A stretch of DNA of 64,000 nucleotides. Source: Patescibacteria group bacterium (GTDB lineage: Bacteria; Patescibacteriota; Patescibacteriia; UBA9570). The notes beneath the pieces are model-generated. The model saw only the letters and a list, made by a program, of their open reading frames with translations. It made no database searches and was not told the origin of the DNA. The DNA is taken from positions 1,226-65,225 of the forward strand of contig JAJRVJ010000009.1 of the NCBI GenBank assembly GCA_024277435.1. The letters are read 5' to 3'. Positions 62,301 through 64,000 of the stretch are shown one piece after another (position 1 is the first letter of the stretch; every line of letters begins with the position of its first letter). The position numbers and the translations under genes are program-made.

Positions 62301-64000
62301 TACTTCCATTACAACTTACAGCCACTGCGCCAGATTTTTGATTTAATATATTGAATACAATTTTTGCTCCTTGTTGCATGGTTGGTACATATGCAATGAA
62401 TTCTTCAGGTACACTATTCAAAATTATTGCATCACCAAATTGTGGATTCGGAAACACTAATTGAGCCGCCTGATGTTTCGCTGTAAATGTAAAACGCTTC
62501 TTTAAAGCAACATTCTTTTTTGCATTATTTGGATTTGTTAACCCAGTAGAAACCGCATACGATTTACCAAGTTCAAGCTGCTTTTTCTTTACAACGAAAT
62601 CAACTTGCTTCTTTTTATCTGCAGCTTTCTTCTTATTTACAATCTGCTTACCAACTTTATCTGTTTTCTTCTTATAGTTATTTACTACAAACTGAACGAT
62701 ATTACCTTCATCAACGCCCTCCAATTCAAATGTAAGCTTTTCGTTCGGAAGATCAATATGCACGTTATCACCACCTTCAACTTTTGCATTTGCGGTATTG
62801 CCAGTAATTGTAAAATTATTAATACTCTCCTCCGTATCACTTAATGTTGTAACTGTCTGATCAGCTGAAGTACGAGCATTACCATTTGCATCAGTGACTG
62901 TAACTTGATAGTGATACTGCGTACCAGCTGTTAAGCCCTTAAAGGTATGTGTATGTACTTTTTGTAAATTAGTATATGATGCGGCTTTGCCATAGTTAGT
63001 AGTTTCACCCATGTGAATTACCACTGTACTATTTTCATCGGTTTGCACACTAGCTGTAAAAGCACTCGCTGTTATATTAGTTGCTGTTAAGCTTTGAATT
63101 ACCGGCGCCGCGGTATCCTGTACCTCCTCTTCTTGAGCTACATCAGTAGCAAAATTACGAACACTATCGGTAAAAATCCCACTAACTCTATCACCATCCT
63201 TAAACAACACAATCATATAATAATATGTAGTTTCTGTGGTAAGACCTGTTATTTCCACTGCAAAATCGTTAGTTACCTCTGTTACTTGAACAAAATCTGT
63301 TTGTTTATTTTCAACGGCTGCTTGATCGGTACCATAATACACATCAGCCGTACCAGAGGCTTGGCCAGTTAACCATGTAATAGTTGCTGTAGTATCTGTA
63401 GTTGCAACCTCCAGATTGGTAATAGGATCATCATCCTGAGATTTTTGTGTAACAGTAAATTCTGATGAATTACCACCTGAAGTTTGCATTACCGCCACAG
63501 CTGATGCATCACCTAATTTTACGTCAGTTAATGTAAATTTCCCATCACCATCAGCCGTAACAGTACCAATATAATTTAAATTATCCTCAACCTCTGGATA
63601 CGCATATACATCAATCGTTGCATTAAATTCCGCTGCACCTTGCACAGTAGAGCTAGTATAATTCACCTCTGGCACAGTTAAGCTATCTTGCGCACCAGTA
63701 AAAATTGAAAAAATGTCATCGGTACCATTTTTATCATACATATTCTTCCTCCATTGATTTTGACGAGACGTAGCATCTCGCACAGCGATTCCTACTCTAG
63801 TATTGCCTACAATAGTATTTTGCGCTCGATCTGTTACTACTGTAGAACCAATTTCATTACCAATTGAACCATTATTAAGCATTACACCAGTTTGATTTAC
63901 TTCAATAACATTACCAGATACAATAGTATTTGATACCTCATCTAGTTGAATTCCTGATTGGGCGTTATACGATATTGTATTATATGTAATACGATTATTG
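59293..64000 (-). CDS. Giant cell-surface protein (>1,560 aa, 5' end beyond window): parallel β-helix repeats, FN3/Ig-like domains, Lys-rich linker, ~20 TSP3-type Ca-binding Asp-rich repeats, C-terminal TM anchor
   Basis: The frame stays open from 63882 to the window end (NNRITYNTISYNAQSGIQLDEVSNTIVSGNVIEVNQTGV...). FN3 segments (TATITWL...TYYYMIV). Repeats DTDGDGISDGDE(L)xxGTDPTNA. C-terminal hydrophobic helix plus RKQR. Confidence 0.8.
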   Translation of the reverse strand, partial: NNRITYNTISYNAQSGIQLDEVSNTIVSGNVIEVNQTGVMLNNGSIGNEIGSTVVTDRAQNTIVGNTRVGIAVRDATSRQNQWRKNMYDKNGTDDIFSIFTGAQDSLTVPEVNYTSSTVQGAAEFNATIDVYAYPEVEDNLNYIGTVTADGDGKFTLTDVKLGDASAVAVMQTSGGNSSEFTVTQKSQDDDPITNLEVATTDTTATITWLTGQASGTADVYYGTDQAAVENKQTDFVQVTEVTNDFAVEITGLTTETTYYYMIVLFKDGDRVSGIFTDSVRNFATDVAQEEEVQDTAAPVIQSLTATNITASAFTASVQTDENSTVVIHMGETTNYGKAASYTNLQKVHTHTFKGLTAGTQYHYQVTVTDANGNARTSADQTVTTLSDTEESINNFTITGNTANAKVEGGDNVHIDLPNEKLTFELEGVDEGNIVQFVVNNYKKKTDKVGKQIVNKKKAADKKKQVDFVVKKKQLELGKSYAVSTGLTNPNNAKKNVALKKRFTFTAKHQAAQLVFPNPQFGDAIILNSVPEEFIAYVPTMQQGAKIVFNILNQKSGAVAVSCNGSIDASNLASCAMPFFVGAGVYDLEIKATNGKNVTNTLEMIVADGVSNVLSLDQRSGQRVTTAKNPTLAYLKYNPGSTLTMSADFLGGPYTLEGPTDNTGQGVISGSNKFTLFPWPKGPVELTIKETGGKGKVIQDYKVKVWSIHKPVQPGIIAPEEGSRHSLDSTINLTVAAPNDYLIQLFDKNKQLLFERVSVNNGATINLNQYIGTSTGTQQFYLRGISPNLFKSVFTSLSIITYKPAPVVSTLPVDAIDTTDDVDGQVDDATDTDDATDASDQVDDTPVIDDAPVDDTDIDSDNDGLTDQEEQDLGTDPTNADTDGDGVSDQEEINQGTLPDNPDTDNDGINDGEDDDPGVVIELVDVDDSSDLPDTDSDGIPDVTDTDADNDGVDDDIERDLGTDVNQSDSDGDGITDGQEIQNGTDPVNADTDNDGLGDGLEIILGTEPGSNDSDGDGIPDGEDPSPIDDDADDDGLSDYDEPLYSTDSTNADTDGDGLTDGEEVDLGTDPTNTDSDSDGISDGDEVIALSNPLAMDSDNDGISDGDELAAGTNPTDADTDGDGISDSDEQDAGTDPTNADSDGDGISDGIEEEIDNPGEDDEDDDWIGGDQEDELGTDPTNADTDGDGISDSDEVLLGTNPLSVDTDGDGINDADELSLGTDPTNADTDGDGINDADELAAGTNPTDADTDGDGLDDNEESEAGTDPVDEDSDDDELSDGEEVDKGSDPNDKDSDDDGLLDAVEDTLGTDPTTSDTDNDGIIDQLDGDLSIEIDVNSAQDTAQDTASSTYDATGTEEPTTYALTEPVIALSELQSFFFQGGLTLDMRETLFSINVGANATVSDDDIPVVTIQRTITIADIVAWVLRKPQPNQDQDTSIVLAGVLPSLQENVKPLFLKQLPALITTTVFSDPIVQIAQASDGAWQMTLPTNLLVEGEHTVHVASQINGVQGDQVEIARFVIEEETRLSNTTWLVIINIIVALIALMVSIILQLRKQRTRSLQEISNAN
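60010..61560 (-). repeat. Coding tandem-repeat region (TSP3-like DxDxDGxxDxxE units); includes near-identical 66-bp DNA repeats (60281/60347) and ~390-bp-spaced duplicates (60241/60634)
   Basis: The direct nucleotide repeats are visible in the sequence. The plus-strand Ser-rich antisense ORFs are their mirror images. Confidence 0.8.

Overview
This is an AT-rich bacterial chromosomal segment that reads as standard genetic code: TAA and TAG terminate conserved genes and no long ORF is broken by TGA. Most genes lie on the minus strand. Archaeal-flavoured genes (Elp3, TrmB-type regulators) plus bacterial ribosomal and murein genes suggest an uncultivated Patescibacteria/CPR-like lineage, but this is only an inference.

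The window holds three kinds of content:

1. Housekeeping genes:
- PEP synthase (5'-partial) and pyruvate kinase.
- efp–rpsR–ssb–rpsF.
- The methyl-cycle trio metK – PfkB kinase – ahcY.
- ychF, glyA, phosphomannomutase, gpmI, murI, murD and trpS.

2. A roughly 26 kb cell-envelope glycan locus at about 15.9–42.3 kb:
- A GDP-mannose 4,6-dehydratase followed by a ColD-like 3-dehydratase and a Fcl/ColC-like reductase, which predicts a GDP-3,6-dideoxyhexose of the colitose type.
- Two GT2 polyprenyl-phosphate sugar synthases and an ArnE-like small flippase.
- Three tandem paralogous GT-C (ArnT/PMT-like) membrane glycosyltransferases, one of them fused to a GT4 domain.
- Several GT4 enzymes, a GT2–GT4 fusion, asparagine synthase, a Wzx-like flippase and two paralogous large polytopic membrane proteins.

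3. Surface and sensing functions:
- A giant (more than 1,560 aa, 5'-partial) β-helix / FN3 / TSP3-repeat surface protein that shares a C-terminal anchor module with its small neighbour.
- A secreted lysine-rich esterase.
- A secreted bactofilin-like β-helix protein with a membrane anchor.
- A bacterial Elp3 homologue coupled to an acidic partner protein.

Several genes are visibly disrupted:
- A periplasmic-binding-domain sensor kinase is split by a linker frameshift and by an in-frame TAG inside a PAS motif.
- One of the two polytopic membrane-protein paralogs carries an in-frame TAA.
- A second TrmB-family regulator paralog is frameshifted at an A9 run.
- A sulfotransferase relic remains upstream of glyA.
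- A GC-rich island holds a frameshifted foreign-looking ORF.

No CRISPR array, rRNA or tRNA was recognised.
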